NCBI GenBank assembly: GCA_964512995.1
Contig: CAZELM010000019.1
Location: forward strand, 12,406-76,405
Length of the DNA stretch: 64,000 nt
Source of the DNA: an uncultured bacterium
GTDB taxonomy: Bacteria; CSSED10-310
Reading direction: 5' to 3'
The position numbers and the translations under genes are program-made. Under the pieces are notes generated by a model, which worked only from the letters and a program-made list of their open reading frames with translations, did not search any database and had not been told where the DNA came from. This document shows positions 1-11,828 of this stretch, piece by piece. How positions within the stretch are numbered: the first letter of the stretch is position 1; each line of letters starts with the position of its first letter.

Positions 1-345
1 ACTGTTTCATCGAATCGATTACGGGTTTTAACGAGAGTGTAAATGATACGAGCCAGTTTGTGAGCAGCAGCCGTAATTGCCTTGGGTGCTCCAAGTTTGG
101 CGCGCATCCTTCTGAAATACTCTCCGAGATATGAATGACTCCGACCTAAGGATTGGGCAGCTAGTTTGAGGGCATTGGCCAATCGATTAGCCCCCTTTCT
201 TGTTCTGGATAACAAAACACGACCACCGCTGATTTTGTTGTTCGGGCTATCAAGAGGGGTGGCTCTGCGAAGCCACGGTTTGATTGGATTCAGCACGGCT
301 TCTTGGAAAGCGAAGCAGAGACGGGGTGTGTTCTGAAATTTTGAC
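1..345 (-). pseudogene. IS110-family (Transposase_20 / DEDD transposase) C-terminal fragment; no in-frame start, runs off the window edge
   Basis: Minus-strand translation reads ...NNKISGGRVLLSRTRKGANRLANALKLAAQSLGRS...GAPKAITAAAHKLARIIYTLVKTRNRFDET. This matches the conserved C-terminal GRISK..LR..L..AA....KAI.A.ARKL motif of IS110 transposases. The frame opens right after a TAG at 346-348 with no Met, and the catalytic N-terminal domain is absent. Confidence 0.55.
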
Positions 346-440
346 TACACACCCCGTCACGCAGAATCAACGCTTCCAACAGGCATATCTGGTTTCAATA
401 ACTTGATTCTGCGTGACACTCCTCTTTTAAGAGGGGATCT
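321..440. repeat. Three consecutive palindromic hairpins (12-bp and 13-bp perfect stems, then a weaker third)
   Basis: gacggggtgtgt (321-332) pairs with acacaccccgtc (348-359). cacgcagaatcaa (359-371) pairs with ttgattctgcgtg (404-416). A third imperfect palindrome tcctcttttaagagggga lies around 421-438. Confidence 0.6.
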
Positions 441-605
441 TCCCAGTGAACGGTAACAATTTATTTTCTTGATTTCCTGTTCCTCGATTCCGTATATAAC
501 ATTCAGTTGTTGTGAATGCATATGTGACAGGTAACTGGGTATAGACGACAATCGTTATTCCATGATTCATTTCCATGTTCTTAACAGTTATCAGGAGGTT
601 CATGT

Positions 606-1295
606 ATGAAAAAAGCACAAAGCAATAAAATGTCGATGATTTATGCCACCCAGAACGCCTGTGAACGTCAAATCGACGTGGTCAACGAATTTCTCCCCTT
701 CAAGCAAGCATTTCAGGAATTCCGTGAATGTCTGACAGAGATCGGCGTGTTGTTCCGTATCCAGGATACGCCAACCATCGGGATCACTCAGAACAAGATC
801 TATCTGAAAACCGAAATGGCAAAAGCCGCCATCGAGATTGCCAATGGCATCTGTTTCTATGCCGAAGACACGAAAAACTATCAGCTTCTGGAAAAAGCGG
901 ATTTCTCCACCAGCGATATCATCCAGGCCCGGGATTTTATATCGGCCCAGCGATGTTTCATTCTCCAGGCTCTGGCCGAGGAACACCTCACCCCGCTCGC
1001 ATCATACGGGATCCACACCTCTCATCTGGAGGACTTTACCGCCAGGATCACCGCATTTGAATCCGTCATTATAGGCCCCCGTGAGTTTCAGGCTCAGAAA
1101 AAGGCCGCAACCCGCGCACTGGATGTGCTCATCAAAAAAGCCGACCATATCATGAAAAACAGGATGGATCGCATGGTGACGCGTCTTCGCAGCAGGCATC
1201 CGCAGTTCTATCAGGATTATTTCAATGCCCGGAAGATTATCAATACGGGATTACGCCACACCAAGCCAGCCGCTTCCCCATCGCCAGCCGCCTGA
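606..1295 (+). CDS. Hypothetical protein (229 aa), no recognisable domain
   Basis: Long ORF with an AGGAGG Shine-Dalgarno 6 nt upstream; the antisense ORF 600-986 is judged spurious. Confidence 0.5.
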   Translation: MKKAQSNKMSMIYATQNACERQIDVVNEFLPFKQAFQEFRECLTEIGVLFRIQDTPTIGITQNKIYLKTEMAKAAIEIANGICFYAEDTKNYQLLEKADFSTSDIIQARDFISAQRCFILQALAEEHLTPLASYGIHTSHLEDFTARITAFESVIIGPREFQAQKKAATRALDVLIKKADHIMKNRMDRMVTRLRSRHPQFYQDYFNARKIINTGLRHTKPAASPSPAA

Positions 1296-1555
1296 TCCCC
1301 CTGATCGACCCACTCAGGAAGCCCTGAACCATCTGTGAACGCAGCGGTGGATTCGCGACACATCCATCAAACCATCCGACACCGGGAATCGCTCGTCTGA
1401 GTCCACCGCTCCCTGCTCCCAATACCCCAGATCTTAGAGCCTGTTTGCAAACTCATCTTTGTTTGTGGGTGTAGAGGGGAATCGGGTAGCACCATTTTCG
1501 CGAATGCGGGAATTTCAAGGGGTTCCAGGAGATCTCCGCTACACCCAAACCATCA

Positions 1556-4500
1556 TCACAGCTCACCATCGATTTCATCGTAGCATCCACCGACTCCCAG
1601 CGCCGCATAGAAAATCTGCTGCGCATCCCCCACCGATATAATCCCATCATGATTGCAGTCCGCCGCACATTGCTCCTCAAACGTCCCTTCATAGGATCCC
1701 AGTGCAATCAGAAATGCCAGTTGCGCATCCCGTGACGAATGCATCCCATCCATATTGATATCCCCGTCATGAATACACACCGGCGTAGGCGTCGCTGTCG
1801 GTGTATTCGTCGGAGTCATTGTGCTGGTCGGCGTCTCAGTCGGCGTCTCTGTGGGAGTGGGCGTGTCTGTCGGGGTGGGCGTTGGTGTTTCCGTGGGGGT
1901 CGCTGTCATGGTCGGCGTTTCAGTCGGGGTTTCTGTAGGAGTCGGTGTGTCTGTCGGGGTGGGCGTTGGTGTTTCCGTGGGAGTCGGTGTCATGGTCGGC
2001 GTCTCCGTAAGCGTATCCGTCGGCGTGGGTGTGTCTGTGGGAGTCGGACTCGGTGTCTCCGTCGGGGTCCATGTCGGTGTCGGTGTGTCCGTCGGGGTAT
2101 TTGTGGGAGTGGGGGTGTTGGTCGGTGTCGGCGTATTCGTCGTCGTGGGAGTCAGTGTCGGGGTACGCGTTGGCGTATTCGTGGGAGTTTGTGTTGGCGT
2201 ATTCGTCACGGTCGGCGTCGGAGTCGGTGTTGGTGGCAGCATGATCAACTGTACTCTCAGCGTATTGGAACCAACCCACTGGATGATCCAATAGTCCTGA
2301 TCCTCCGGAGCCAGCGTCAAACCCGCATTCGTAATGCCACCACTCGCCGTCAGCACATCGAATGTCGATGTGAGCGGCGGCTCATAATCGTTGATCAGAT
2401 CGACATCCAATATACCGCTCAACGTCGCCGCGCCATTCACCACCAGCCGGTCATACCCGGTTCCAGCGCTCAATCCCCCGATTTCAATATTCAGGTTACC
2501 CGAACTCGATTGCGCATACGCGCCGGTCACTGTCAGGATACCTGCTGACATTCCCGGATTGACGGTTCCCTGATTGGTCAGCGACAATCCGGACAGACTG
2601 AGCGTCCCGTTTCCCCGGATGATACCGGCTGCCGCATTTGTAAACGACGCCCCCGTCACAGTGGCCGTTCCGGACACGACATCAAACTGACCATGATTCA
2701 CATGGACCGCTCCCGGTTTCCCAAATGCCGCGCTTGTTGAAAAATTCGTTCGGCCCCGATTATCCAGTTGGAGTGACAGTGTCCGGGATCCGCCAGTCCC
2801 AGGCAGCACCTCCAGCACGCCCGTTAATTCATTACGCAACGTGCCGTTTGTGACATTGAGTGTTGAGCTGTAAACGGAAATCGAATCCAATGTCAGAGTA
2901 CCGTAGTTGATGAACCCATTCGCAGCGGTCAGCGTGGAGTGGGCACCGGAACTCCCTTCGACCCGCACGGATTGCCGTTGTCCGATATTTCCGGTCAACT
3001 GATTGTTGGAGTTTCGGCAGATAATCAATCCCTGGCCCAGTGATCCCGCTCCGATATTCAGGTTACTGGAGTTCAGGATGACAGCACCCTCAATATCCCC
3101 GCCATTGAAATTGAATGTATTGCTCGATAGCGATAATGATCCGGACAGGTTCAGATCACCATCGTTCTGATTGAATACCTGGTTGTTCCCACTGATGGTC
3201 AGTGTTCTGGCAGCAGCGACCTGAAATAGACCGGTATTGGTAAATACACCATACGCCTTGTTAAAGCTCGTATCGACATTGATATTCACGGTTCCGGCGT
3301 TGCTCAGGCTGGTCGATACCGTTCGGGAACCACCTCCACCCGGCTCCACAGTAAAAAATCCTTGATTCGTGAGAAGCCCGTCACCACTCAATGTGGTGGA
3401 ATAGACGGAGTCCGATGTCAACACAATCTCCCCCTGATTCGTATATGGAGCAGTCGCGTTCAGCGAGGAATGCGCGGAACTGGTGGAACGGACTGTGATC
3501 GTCTGATCAGACGCAATGTCCCCGGATATCACATTATTGGTATTTAAGAACGTGAACCGTCCCGTACCAATCGAACCGGCACCGATATTGAGCCGGGATG
3601 ATGTTAACAGAATCGATCCATTGATATCTCCGCCATTGAAATTAAAGACATTGCTCGCCATCGAGAAATAGCCGAGTGCATTCAATATCCCGCCTTCCTG
3701 AGTGAATGTCTGCGTGTTTCCACTGATTGTCAATGTTTTGGCGGCAGCGACGTTGAACTCACCATCATTGCGGAAAACTCCGAGATACTTGTTGAAACTG
3801 GTATCGGTGTTGATATCCACAATACCATGATTGGTGAATGATCCGGAAATGGTTCGCGTTCCACCGACTCCCGGATCAACATGAAGATAACCGTTATTGG
3901 TCAGGATGCCATTGCCGGACAGAGTTGCGGAGTATACTGATTCGGAAGTCAACTGGATATCGCCATCGCTGACATAATCCGCCAGTGCATTGAGAGTCGT
4001 GTGCATGCTCATTGCACCCTTGACAATGATCGACTGCCCCGATGCAATATCACCGGTCAGTGTATTGTTCGAATTTGTAAATATGAATTGCCCGATTCCT
4101 GATGAGCCATCTCCAATGTTTAAGCTGGACGATTGTAAAGAGGCTGATCCGGTAATATCGCCGCCATTGAAATTAAATGTATTGCTGCTGATATTAAACG
4201 TGCCGGAAAGATCCAGCGTGCCGTCGTTCTGATTGAACGTCTGGGTATTACCGAGCATATTCAGGCTCTGATCCGCATCCAGATTGAAATCCCCGTAGTT
4301 CGTGTAAACCCCGGTGTATTTGTTTAACGCCGTTGTTATATGAACATTACAGACTCCATGATTCGTGAAACTCCCGGCAATCGTCCGGCCACCGCCGCTT
4401 CCGGTTTCCATATCGAGCGATCCCGTTGGACCAATGACCATCTCCCCGGATGTGACCGCGAATGTAGACGTATGAACCGATGTGGATATCAGAGTGATCG

Positions 4501-5545
4501 ACCCGTTGTTGGTAAATCCGGTTGCAGCAGTCAGGGTCGCGTGATTTCCATTTCCCGCTTCAATGAGGATGGATTGGGGAGCAGCGATATCCCCGGACAA
4601 TGTGCAATTGGTATTCCGAAAAATGAAGTCACCGCTTCCAGTCGATCCCTCACCAATATTCAGGTTGGACGAAAGCAGATTGACCGATCCGGTGATGTCA
4701 CCTCCATCAAAGTCGAATGTATTGGTGGTCAATGATAATGAACCAGCGATATCGAGTGTTCCGTCTTCCTGAGAAAATGTCTGCGTATTGCCGCTCATAA
4801 ACAGCGTTTTGCCGGTCGCGATATTGAAATCGCCGAGATTGCGATATAATCCATTGGCTTTATTAAACGTGGTGTCAGTATTGATATTGACAGCGCCGTT
4901 GTTGATCAGATGTGCGGTTAATGTGCGTCCCCCGCCGCTTCCCTGGGTGAAATGGATGATGCCGGTTGGTGCATTGGTCAACTCTCCCGCTGACATCGAT
5001 AATGTCGCGCTGTGGCTGCTCGATGAATCCAATGTGATCGTTCCATTATTGGTGAAACTTTGGGGGAGCGTCAGGGTGGTGTTTGCACTGGGACCTCCAA
5101 GAATCACAACCGTTCCGTTCTGCTGAAAAGGACAGTTGATGGCGGAGTTGGATTGGATACTGAGATATGATTGATTGGTCAATGCACCAGTGCCAGTCCA
5201 GGTGGAGTTGATCCAGAAAGTATCACCGGTACTGAGCAATGATGGACCGTTCACGGTGAATGTCCGGCCATTGGCGGAGAAATCGGCGCGTGGCGCATTG
5301 AGAGTAAATCCGGAAATGGTTGGATTGATATTTAACGTAACAGTGTAGTCCATGCCGGAAGCGGATATCGTGGCGATATCGCTGGCATCCGATCCCGGAT
5401 AACTCCCGGATGGATTCCATTTCGTTGTATCGTTCCAGTTGCCGGAAACGCCGGATGCCCATTGATAGGAAGTCGCCTGGAGATGATCCGGAACGGTTCC
5501 GATCACACATAAAAACAATACTGCATAGACAATATGCCCCTTCAT
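1556..5545 (-). CDS. Giant secreted repeat protein: signal peptide, four ~190-aa tandem beta-rich repeats, long Pro-Thr linker, C-terminal dockerin-like module
   Basis: N-terminus [16 protein letters not shown] after an AAGGTG Shine-Dalgarno. The unit ...[11 protein letters not shown]...IGxGSxGxGxFxF.N.N..L.GDIA..QSI occurs four times. The PTPTPT stretch is about 150 aa. The C-terminus [16 protein letters not shown]...[14 protein letters not shown] fits two EF-hand/dockerin Ca-loops (D1, N/D3, D5, G6, hydrophobic 8, D12). Confidence 0.8.
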   Translation of the reverse strand: MKGHIVYAVLFLCVIGTVPDHLQATSYQWASGVSGNWNDTTKWNPSGSYPGSDASDIATISASGMDYTVTLNINPTISGFTLNAPRADFSANGRTFTVNGPSLLSTGDTFWINSTWTGTGALTNQSYLSIQSNSAINCPFQQNGTVVILGGPSANTTLTLPQSFTNNGTITLDSSSSHSATLSMSAGELTNAPTGIIHFTQGSGGGRTLTAHLINNGAVNINTDTTFNKANGLYRNLGDFNIATGKTLFMSGNTQTFSQEDGTLDIAGSLSLTTNTFDFDGGDITGSVNLLSSNLNIGEGSTGSGDFIFRNTNCTLSGDIAAPQSILIEAGNGNHATLTAATGFTNNGSITLISTSVHTSTFAVTSGEMVIGPTGSLDMETGSGGGRTIAGSFTNHGVCNVHITTALNKYTGVYTNYGDFNLDADQSLNMLGNTQTFNQNDGTLDLSGTFNISSNTFNFNGGDITGSASLQSSSLNIGDGSSGIGQFIFTNSNNTLTGDIASGQSIIVKGAMSMHTTLNALADYVSDGDIQLTSESVYSATLSGNGILTNNGYLHVDPGVGGTRTISGSFTNHGIVDINTDTSFNKYLGVFRNDGEFNVAAAKTLTISGNTQTFTQEGGILNALGYFSMASNVFNFNGGDINGSILLTSSRLNIGAGSIGTGRFTFLNTNNVISGDIASDQTITVRSTSSAHSSLNATAPYTNQGEIVLTSDSVYSTTLSGDGLLTNQGFFTVEPGGGGSRTVSTSLSNAGTVNINVDTSFNKAYGVFTNTGLFQVAAARTLTISGNNQVFNQNDGDLNLSGSLSLSSNTFNFNGGDIEGAVILNSSNLNIGAGSLGQGLIICRNSNNQLTGNIGQRQSVRVEGSSGAHSTLTAANGFINYGTLTLDSISVYSSTLNVTNGTLRNELTGVLEVLPGTGGSRTLSLQLDNRGRTNFSTSAAFGKPGAVHVNHGQFDVVSGTATVTGASFTNAAAGIIRGNGTLSLSGLSLTNQGTVNPGMSAGILTVTGAYAQSSSGNLNIEIGGLSAGTGYDRLVVNGAATLSGILDVDLINDYEPPLTSTFDVLTASGGITNAGLTLAPEDQDYWIIQWVGSNTLRVQLIMLPPTPTPTPTVTNTPTQTPTNTPTRTPTLTPTTTNTPTPTNTPTPTNTPTDTPTPTWTPTETPSPTPTDTPTPTDTLTETPTMTPTPTETPTPTPTDTPTPTETPTETPTMTATPTETPTPTPTDTPTPTETPTETPTSTMTPTNTPTATPTPVCIHDGDINMDGMHSSRDAQLAFLIALGSYEGTFEEQCAADCNHDGIISVGDAQQIFYAALGVGGCYDEIDGEL
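1780..2290. repeat. Low-complexity DNA repeat encoding the PT linker (antisense reads VGVSVGV)
   Basis: Degenerate 6-12 nt periodicity (ggcgtcggtgtc-like). The antisense ORFs 1821-2294 and 1739-2548 are artefacts of this repeat. Confidence 0.7.
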
Positions 5546-5760
5546 AATCCCCACCTTGTCACCCCGTAAATCTGGAAATAATGGTTAAAAACCAACTATC
5601 CATCTCATGTTCATTGAATTGCAGCCTGGAAACAGATTGAAGATAATATATTCAACGAGCGTTTTTAGATGAACAGCATTTTCTTCATAAATTATATATT
5701 GTGATTGAGGGATGTCAAATGGCGGACATGTCTGGGAGATGAAATTCGCAAACCCATCGT

Positions 5761-6324
5761 TCAGAGGATTCGAATGGACGCCATGATCTGATCTAACTCT
5801 TTCTCGTTCTTGTACTTTCCTTTGCCCGGACCGGAAAAACTGAATGTGAATATGAATCTGGGAGTGATGACGATGTATATCCTTGCCTGGCAGCGATAGA
5901 CATATCCATCTTCTGTACGGACCAGAAGATAGGATGCCCGGAGGTAAAGGGCTCTGTATCCTGCAAAAATGACATTTTCTTCCCGGTTCAGTATTCTCAC
6001 TCCCTCAAATGTGTCTTTGAGACGCGTCACACACTGTTCCAGTAATGGCCGATAATCCATTCGTTCCGCAGAGGTATTGATGTAAGCTACGGCCTGGACG
6101 GTTGGATATACCTCATCATTGCTGTCATGGTAATCTGTTATATAAAATATCGGTTTATTGCATTTTCGTAATATTTCAATAAATTCCTCATCATTTTGGA
6201 ACGTTTCTTCTTTCGAGGCGGTTGCCCATGGAACTGGAATGAAGTGCCACGAATCCGGTTTAACGAGCGTCAACCCGAGATAAGGATTGTCGTAGGTATT
6301 GCCCCTAATAAACTGCATGCTCAT
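5761..6324 (-). CDS. Hypothetical protein (187 aa)
   Basis: Clean ORF with no recognisable motif. Confidence 0.45.
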   Translation of the reverse strand: MSMQFIRGNTYDNPYLGLTLVKPDSWHFIPVPWATASKEETFQNDEEFIEILRKCNKPIFYITDYHDSNDEVYPTVQAVAYINTSAERMDYRPLLEQCVTRLKDTFEGVRILNREENVIFAGYRALYLRASYLLVRTEDGYVYRCQARIYIVITPRFIFTFSFSGPGKGKYKNEKELDQIMASIRIL

Positions 6325-6756
6325 CGTTCATGTCCTCACGGAAATCAACATTCTATCAAACGAACAAATGGGGTCATTTCTGATATCTTCATTTTTATCA
6401 TCGATCAGTATCTGAACGATTTTAACAGAATCAGTGTAAAATACCATGCATTTCCCCTTCGACCTCCGTGAGAAGGGACTGGGGGATGAGGGATCACGCA
6501 TTTTTGCTGCAAGGCGTTATGGAAACTAAAGCGCGTTCCCTCACCCCGCCGGCCATGTCAGAGATTGAACCTGGTGGCATTGGCCGGCGCTTCTCTCCCG
6601 GCGGGAGAGGGTCGTTAAGGATGCCAATCGGCCGATGTTGTATATCCCCCGCACTTGCGATATACTCCTTTGCGAATGGTTTCCCGGACAAACAAATGGC
6701 ATCCGATCCGAATCTCTTGCGGCGCACTGCCGATTGATCACACAAGGAGAATCCCA

Positions 6757-7683
6757 ATGATCACAGACTTGTTCCGTAAAACAGTTTATATCGCCATCCT
6801 TTTTCTGATCGTCTTGCCAGCATCCAGACTCCATGGACAGACCGGTTCCTGGGATCAGGTCGACCGGATCGTCGCAGTGGGCGATATTCATGGCGACTTC
6901 AGCAAACTGGTCACCGTGCTCCGTGCAAGCGCCATCATCGACGATCAGAATAAATGGATCGGAGGGAAAACCCATCTGGTCCAAACCGGGGACGTTCTCG
7001 ACCGAGGTCCGGACTCCCAGAAAGCCATGCGTCTCCTCATGCAGCTCGAAACCGAAGCGAGTAACGCCGGAGGCGCTGTTCATGCCCTGATCGGCAATCA
7101 TGAGGCCATGGTCCTGTCCGGGGATTTCCGATATGTATCTCCGGAAGATTTCGCATCATTGGGTGGAGAGGAAGGTTTCCGCACCGCATTATCCCCTGCC
7201 GGAGAATTCGGCAAATGGATCCTGAGCCACGATTCGGTGATCCGGATCAACGATCTCCTGTTCGTACACGGTGGCATCGGTCCGACTTACAATCAGCATT
7301 CGATCGAAACCATTAATGCGTCAATCCGCAAAGAACTCGCGTCAGGCGACAAATCCAAAACCGCCATGAGCCAGGCGGAAGACGGTCCCCTGTGGTACCG
7401 GGATTTGACATCCAAGCCCGAAGCCGATCTGGAAAAAGATCTGACCGGTATTTTCAAGGCGTTCAATGTCCATCATCTCATTGTCGGCCACACGATCTCA
7501 AAGGATGGGATTCAGACCCGCGGAAACGGCGGACTGATCATGATCGATGTCGGGCTCTCCAGTGTGTATGGCGGAACCCATACCGAATGTCTGGTGATCG
7601 ACAAGGGGGAATTTTTCGTGGTTGGACCGGAAACCAAAACCAAGCTGGCAGGAATACCTATCTTAAGTGAAGTTCGTCAATGA
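6757..7683 (+). CDS. Calcineurin-like metallophosphoesterase, probably secreted
   Basis: Motifs GDIHGD, GDVLDRG and GNHE in the canonical order. AAGGAGA Shine-Dalgarno before the ATG at 6757; hydrophobic N-terminus IAILFLIVLPASRLHG. Confidence 0.8.
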   Translation: MITDLFRKTVYIAILFLIVLPASRLHGQTGSWDQVDRIVAVGDIHGDFSKLVTVLRASAIIDDQNKWIGGKTHLVQTGDVLDRGPDSQKAMRLLMQLETEASNAGGAVHALIGNHEAMVLSGDFRYVSPEDFASLGGEEGFRTALSPAGEFGKWILSHDSVIRINDLLFVHGGIGPTYNQHSIETINASIRKELASGDKSKTAMSQAEDGPLWYRDLTSKPEADLEKDLTGIFKAFNVHHLIVGHTISKDGIQTRGNGGLIMIDVGLSSVYGGTHTECLVIDKGEFFVVGPETKTKLAGIPILSEVRQ

Positions 7684-7745
7684 GATATTGAATCTGCTCG
7701 CGCAATTTAGGCAGATTGTGCTTCACCACACGCCAAACAAGGAAA

Positions 7746-8084
7746 TTACGAGGTGATTGGGACATCTTCCAGCTCCGCTAAAATGCTGGGTCCGATAAAT
7801 GGACTCAGACCTTCCCGAGTGATTATCTCAACATCTCTTCCTAATAACTCTTCCAGGAAATAAATGGCATTGATAAAATTATCGTATGTTTTTTGATCAA
7901 AATCGGATTCCACCAGGAAATCGATATCAGTATCGTGTCTCTGATCACCTCTCACAAATGATCCAAACAATCCGATCCGTCTGATCCCAAACGCTTTCAG
8001 ACGATCCTGGTGCAGTTGTATCAACCTGAATATTGTCTGCTTACTTAACAATTGACTTTTATTGCGTTTGACTCTCTTTCCCAT
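7746..8084 (-). CDS. Minimal nucleotidyltransferase (MNT, antitoxin component of HEPN/MNT modules)
   Basis: GLFGSFVRGDQRHDTDIDFLVE matches the GS...D.D nucleotidyltransferase motif in a ~112-aa protein. An AGAGGA Shine-Dalgarno precedes the internal ATG at 8084. Confidence 0.7.
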   Translation of the reverse strand: MGKRVKRNKSQLLSKQTIFRLIQLHQDRLKAFGIRRIGLFGSFVRGDQRHDTDIDFLVESDFDQKTYDNFINAIYFLEELLGRDVEIITREGLSPFIGPSILAELEDVPITS

Positions 8085-8316
8085 ACCGCCAATTCCTCTG
8101 ATAATCAGTATAACACTCCCCATTGAATACCGGTAGAAACCATTCTGGGTTCATACGCATAATAACAAAGTCATACTTCACGATAGTTCTCCCGCCGGAT
8201 TCAATCACCAATAGGCAAAAGGGATCGTTCCCACCCGAACGGCAAGAAACAACATTAACGCTCGATTAAAACATACCGATACAAACGTCTATCACATTCA
8301 GCACACTACCCGGTAA

Positions 8317-8880
8317 TCACAACTCCATCTGATCGGATATCGTCTGCATCGCTTCCAGTGCGATCCGGGAGAATTCGTCCAGTTCCATTCCCAGTTCTTT
8401 GCATTTCATGATCTCCTGACGATCAGCTCCCGCTGCAAACCGCTTCTCTTTGAAGCGTTTCCTGATCGTATCCACGGAGACATTGGCCAGTTTCTTCTCC
8501 TTGATCAACGCGCAGGCGATAATCAAACCCGACATCTGGTCAGCGGCACACAGCGCCGTATCCAGCATCGACCGGCACGGCACATGCCCGGCATGTGCCT
8601 TGACCGCATGACAGATATCCGCGTCCAATCCCATCTCTTCCAGCCATGACGCTCCCAGGTTGCCATGAATGGCCGGATCATCGGTCGTCCCCAGATCGAT
8701 ATCATGGAGAATACCGGCCAATGCCCATTTCTCTGGTGACGCATTGAGATGAGCCGCGAGTTTCTCCATGATCACGCCGACCGCGATCATGTGTTTAACC
8801 AGATTCTCATTGGGTACTTTTTCCTGTATCAATGCCATCGCTTCGGTTTTATCCATTAATTCGCTCCAATCTATATTCAT
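8317..8880 (-). CDS. HD-domain metal-dependent phosphohydrolase
   Basis: H...HDIDLG motif. It sits downstream of rsmG on the same strand. Confidence 0.65.
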   Translation of the reverse strand: MNIDWSELMDKTEAMALIQEKVPNENLVKHMIAVGVIMEKLAAHLNASPEKWALAGILHDIDLGTTDDPAIHGNLGASWLEEMGLDADICHAVKAHAGHVPCRSMLDTALCAADQMSGLIIACALIKEKKLANVSVDTIRKRFKEKRFAAGADRQEIMKCKELGMELDEFSRIALEAMQTISDQMEL

Positions 8881-8898
8881 CGTCCATAAAAAACACAT

Positions 8899-9594
8899 TC
8901 ATCCCGGTATTCTCTCCATCCGCTGTAAAACCAGGCAGAGAACCGGTTCTTTTCGGAACGGAATTGCCAACTCGACCACTCCGCCATCACCATGGCATTG
9001 CCACTCCGGACGAAATGCCTGCCATTCCGCTACCGCATTCGTGCCTCTCGGGAGTATCAGAATGCCCGTTTCACTCATGACCGGCAAAGCCATCCGGACA
9101 ATCTGCGCCACGGAACCGAATGCCCGGGCAAACACACTCTGAAACCGGACAGCCTGCAACTCCGGTTCCCGACCGAATTTCTCGATCCGGTTCGTGATCA
9201 CTGTGATGTTCCGAAGCGCCAGTTCCCGGCAGATATGATGTAAAAAATCCGTTTTCCGGGAGATGGAATCGATGAGCCAGACGGGTTGGTCGGGACAAAG
9301 AATCCCGATAACCATTCCCGGAATCCCGGCTCCGGTCCCCAAATCCGCCCAGATTCCCGTGGAGTTGGAACCCGGTAAACTCTGACGCATCGCCACCAGT
9401 GCCGCAGACTCCAGAACGATCTTGTCAACCCGCTCCACCGGCTGGATTCCCGTCAGATTGATCGCATGATTCCACCGGTCCAGTTCCGCCAGCCAGGTCA
9501 CCAGCCGGTCCAACTCCACCGACGAAAACAGAAGCCCCAGCCGATGTAAACCATCGGCAATGGCCGTTCTTAGATCCCTTTCACTGTTCATCAT
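8899..9594 (-). CDS. rsmG: 16S rRNA (guanine527-N7)-methyltransferase RsmG (GidB)
   Basis: [10 protein letters not shown]...[16 protein letters not shown]...[12 protein letters not shown]...LRNITVI matches the RsmG signature. It lies directly downstream of mnmG, as in the gidA-gidB operon. Confidence 0.8.
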   Translation of the reverse strand: MMNSERDLRTAIADGLHRLGLLFSSVELDRLVTWLAELDRWNHAINLTGIQPVERVDKIVLESAALVAMRQSLPGSNSTGIWADLGTGAGIPGMVIGILCPDQPVWLIDSISRKTDFLHHICRELALRNITVITNRIEKFGREPELQAVRFQSVFARAFGSVAQIVRMALPVMSETGILILPRGTNAVAEWQAFRPEWQCHGDGGVVELAIPFRKEPVLCLVLQRMERIPG

Positions 9595-11488
9595 CCGGCA
9601 TCGTTCCCGGATCAACGGGCCGGTCTTTTTTACTTTTAATGTAAATCGACAACACGGATATCGCCGCAGGCGTGATACCGGGAATCCGGCCGGCCTGACC
9701 CAATGTTCGGGGTCGTACACTGTTCAACCGTTGACGACCCTCGATCGACAGACCCGGAACATCACCATATGAGATCGATTCCGGAATCAGCATCCGCTCC
9801 ATGTTCCGATACCGGTCCACATCGTCATTCTGACGGGCGATGTACCCTTCATATCGGATGGCGATCTCGAGCGGATCGATCAATTCCATAGGAAAATCCG
9901 GATCGTGCAGATTCAGTTTCCGAAGTTGCTCATACGTTATATCCGGCCGCTTCATCAGATCCTTCAGTGAAATGTGTCGGTGGATCGGCTGAATATCCAG
10001 TTCCTGAAGTCGAGCCAGCATCTCATTCGATGGAGCGATCCTGCTGCTGGCCAACCGCTCCATTTCCCGATCGAACGCAGTCTTCCGGTGGAGAAAGGTA
10101 TCGTAGTCGTTATCCGGAAGCAGACCGATATCATAACCCAGTGATGCCAGCCGGACATCGGCATTGTCAGACCGAAGCAGCAACCGATATTCGGCGCGGG
10201 ACGTGAACATACGGTACGGCTCATCGACCCCCCGGACTACCAGATCATCGATCATGATACCGATGTATGCCTGATCCCGCATCAGCACGACCGGCTCTCT
10301 GTCCATCAGCTTCATTGCGGCATTGATACCAGCCATCAGTCCCTGTCCGGCAGCTTCTTCATACCCGGATGTCCCATTGATCTGACCGGCCAGAAACAAG
10401 TGTTCGATGGCTTTTGTCTCCAATGTCGGTTTCAATTGCGTCGGAAGCACAAAATCATACTCCACGGCATACGCCGGGCGGATCAACCGTGCGTGTTCCA
10501 GGCCGGGAATGGAGCGGATCATCTGGACCTGCACGTCATAAGGCAGGCTGGTGGAAATGCCGTTGGCGTAGATCTCCAGGGAATCCAATCCTTCCGGCTC
10601 CAAAAAGATCTGATGCTGATTCCGATCCGGAAATCGCACCACCTTGTCTTCGATCGACGGACAATACCGGGGACCGATCCCTTCGATTTTACCGCTGTAA
10701 AGGGGCGACCGGTCGAGATTGGAGCGGATGATGTCGTGTGTTCGCTCATTGGTATAGGTCAGATAACAGCAAATCTGGGGCAATCGATTGCCGGGAGTTT
10801 CCCAGTGGGAAAAATAGGGATGGGGATCATCTCCGGGCTGCGGTTCCAGTCCGTCGAAACAGATGGTGCGCCGGTCGATACGCGCCGGTGTGCCGGTTTT
10901 GAGGCGACCGAGCGTCAACCCAACTCTCTTCAGGGATTCGGAGAGACCGGATGCGGGAAACTCCCCCAGTCGGCCGGCTGACCGGGATGTCAATCCGATA
11001 TGGATCAGACCGTTAAGAAACGTTCCGGGAGTCAGAATCACGGATCGGGAGCTGATCTCTTCACCGATACCGGTCCGGACACCTGTCACCCGGTCATGGT
11101 CCACCCGAATCGCCGTGACTTCATCCTGAATCAGATGGACATTGGGATGAGACTGGAGCAGAGCCAGGGCTTCGCGGCGATACAGGGCTTTGTCGTTTTG
11201 GGTGCGGAGTGACCAGACGGCTGGTCCTTTTTTGATATTCAGCGTCCGGAACTGAATCCCGGTCCGGTCCGCCAGTTTCCCGATCCAACCCCCCAATGCG
11301 TCGATCTCCCGGACGATCTGACTTTTTCCCAGACCACCGACTGCGGGATTGCACGGCATCTGACCGATCATCTCGATGTTCAGGGTGATCAGAGCGGTCT
11401 GAAACCCCAGTACAGCGCTGGCCATGGCGGCCTCGATTCCGGCATGTCCCCCGCCGATCACGATGATATCGTAATCGTTGGGATTCAT
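9581..11488 (-). CDS. mnmG: tRNA uridine 5-carboxymethylaminomethyl modification enzyme MnmG (GidA)
   Basis: N-terminus [23 protein letters not shown] (FAD binding); the ~635-aa length and conserved core support the call. Confidence 0.9.
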   Translation of the reverse strand: MNPNDYDIIVIGGGHAGIEAAMASAVLGFQTALITLNIEMIGQMPCNPAVGGLGKSQIVREIDALGGWIGKLADRTGIQFRTLNIKKGPAVWSLRTQNDKALYRREALALLQSHPNVHLIQDEVTAIRVDHDRVTGVRTGIGEEISSRSVILTPGTFLNGLIHIGLTSRSAGRLGEFPASGLSESLKRVGLTLGRLKTGTPARIDRRTICFDGLEPQPGDDPHPYFSHWETPGNRLPQICCYLTYTNERTHDIIRSNLDRSPLYSGKIEGIGPRYCPSIEDKVVRFPDRNQHQIFLEPEGLDSLEIYANGISTSLPYDVQVQMIRSIPGLEHARLIRPAYAVEYDFVLPTQLKPTLETKAIEHLFLAGQINGTSGYEEAAGQGLMAGINAAMKLMDREPVVLMRDQAYIGIMIDDLVVRGVDEPYRMFTSRAEYRLLLRSDNADVRLASLGYDIGLLPDNDYDTFLHRKTAFDREMERLASSRIAPSNEMLARLQELDIQPIHRHISLKDLMKRPDITYEQLRKLNLHDPDFPMELIDPLEIAIRYEGYIARQNDDVDRYRNMERMLIPESISYGDVPGLSIEGRQRLNSVRPRTLGQAGRIPGITPAAISVLSIYIKSKKDRPVDPGTMPDDEQ

Positions 11489-11828
11489 GTGTAATACCGA
11501 TGTTCGATTAAAAATGAGTGAACAGTATCCTGCATATATGCCTCTCGCCATTCATGGAGAGGGGTTGGGGTGAGGTCGTTTCTCATTTGAATCTTCTCCC
11601 AGTCGATCATCACTCCCCGAAATTATCCCAAACCGCTTCAGATATCAATCCTGGACCGCCCTGCCCATTTCGTTTGACGGTCAAGCAAGATTCCACTACG
11701 ATCGGAATGGCCTCCGAAAACCGGCTGTCCGGATGTGGTCCGGCAAACCAAACCATCATTGTGAGCGCTCATTCATGTTTTTTTTACCTCTCCAATTCAT
11801 CGGATTTCTTAAAACTTTTTTATTGGAG

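Noticed and set aside
600-986. 128-aa minus-strand ORF
   Set aside because: It is fully antisense to the better-supported 606-1295 gene, with no Shine-Dalgarno.
1739-2548. Arg-rich 269-aa ORF and the VGVSVGV 157-aa ORF (1821-2294) on the plus strand
   Set aside because: They are antisense or shadow frames of the Pro-Thr linker repeat of the large minus-strand gene, with pure low-complexity composition.
9964-11354. Several 70-190-aa ORFs on both strands inside mnmG (for example 10400-10981 +)
   Set aside because: They overlap a highly conserved core gene, and their Arg/Gly-rich composition is typical of GC-rich shadow frames.
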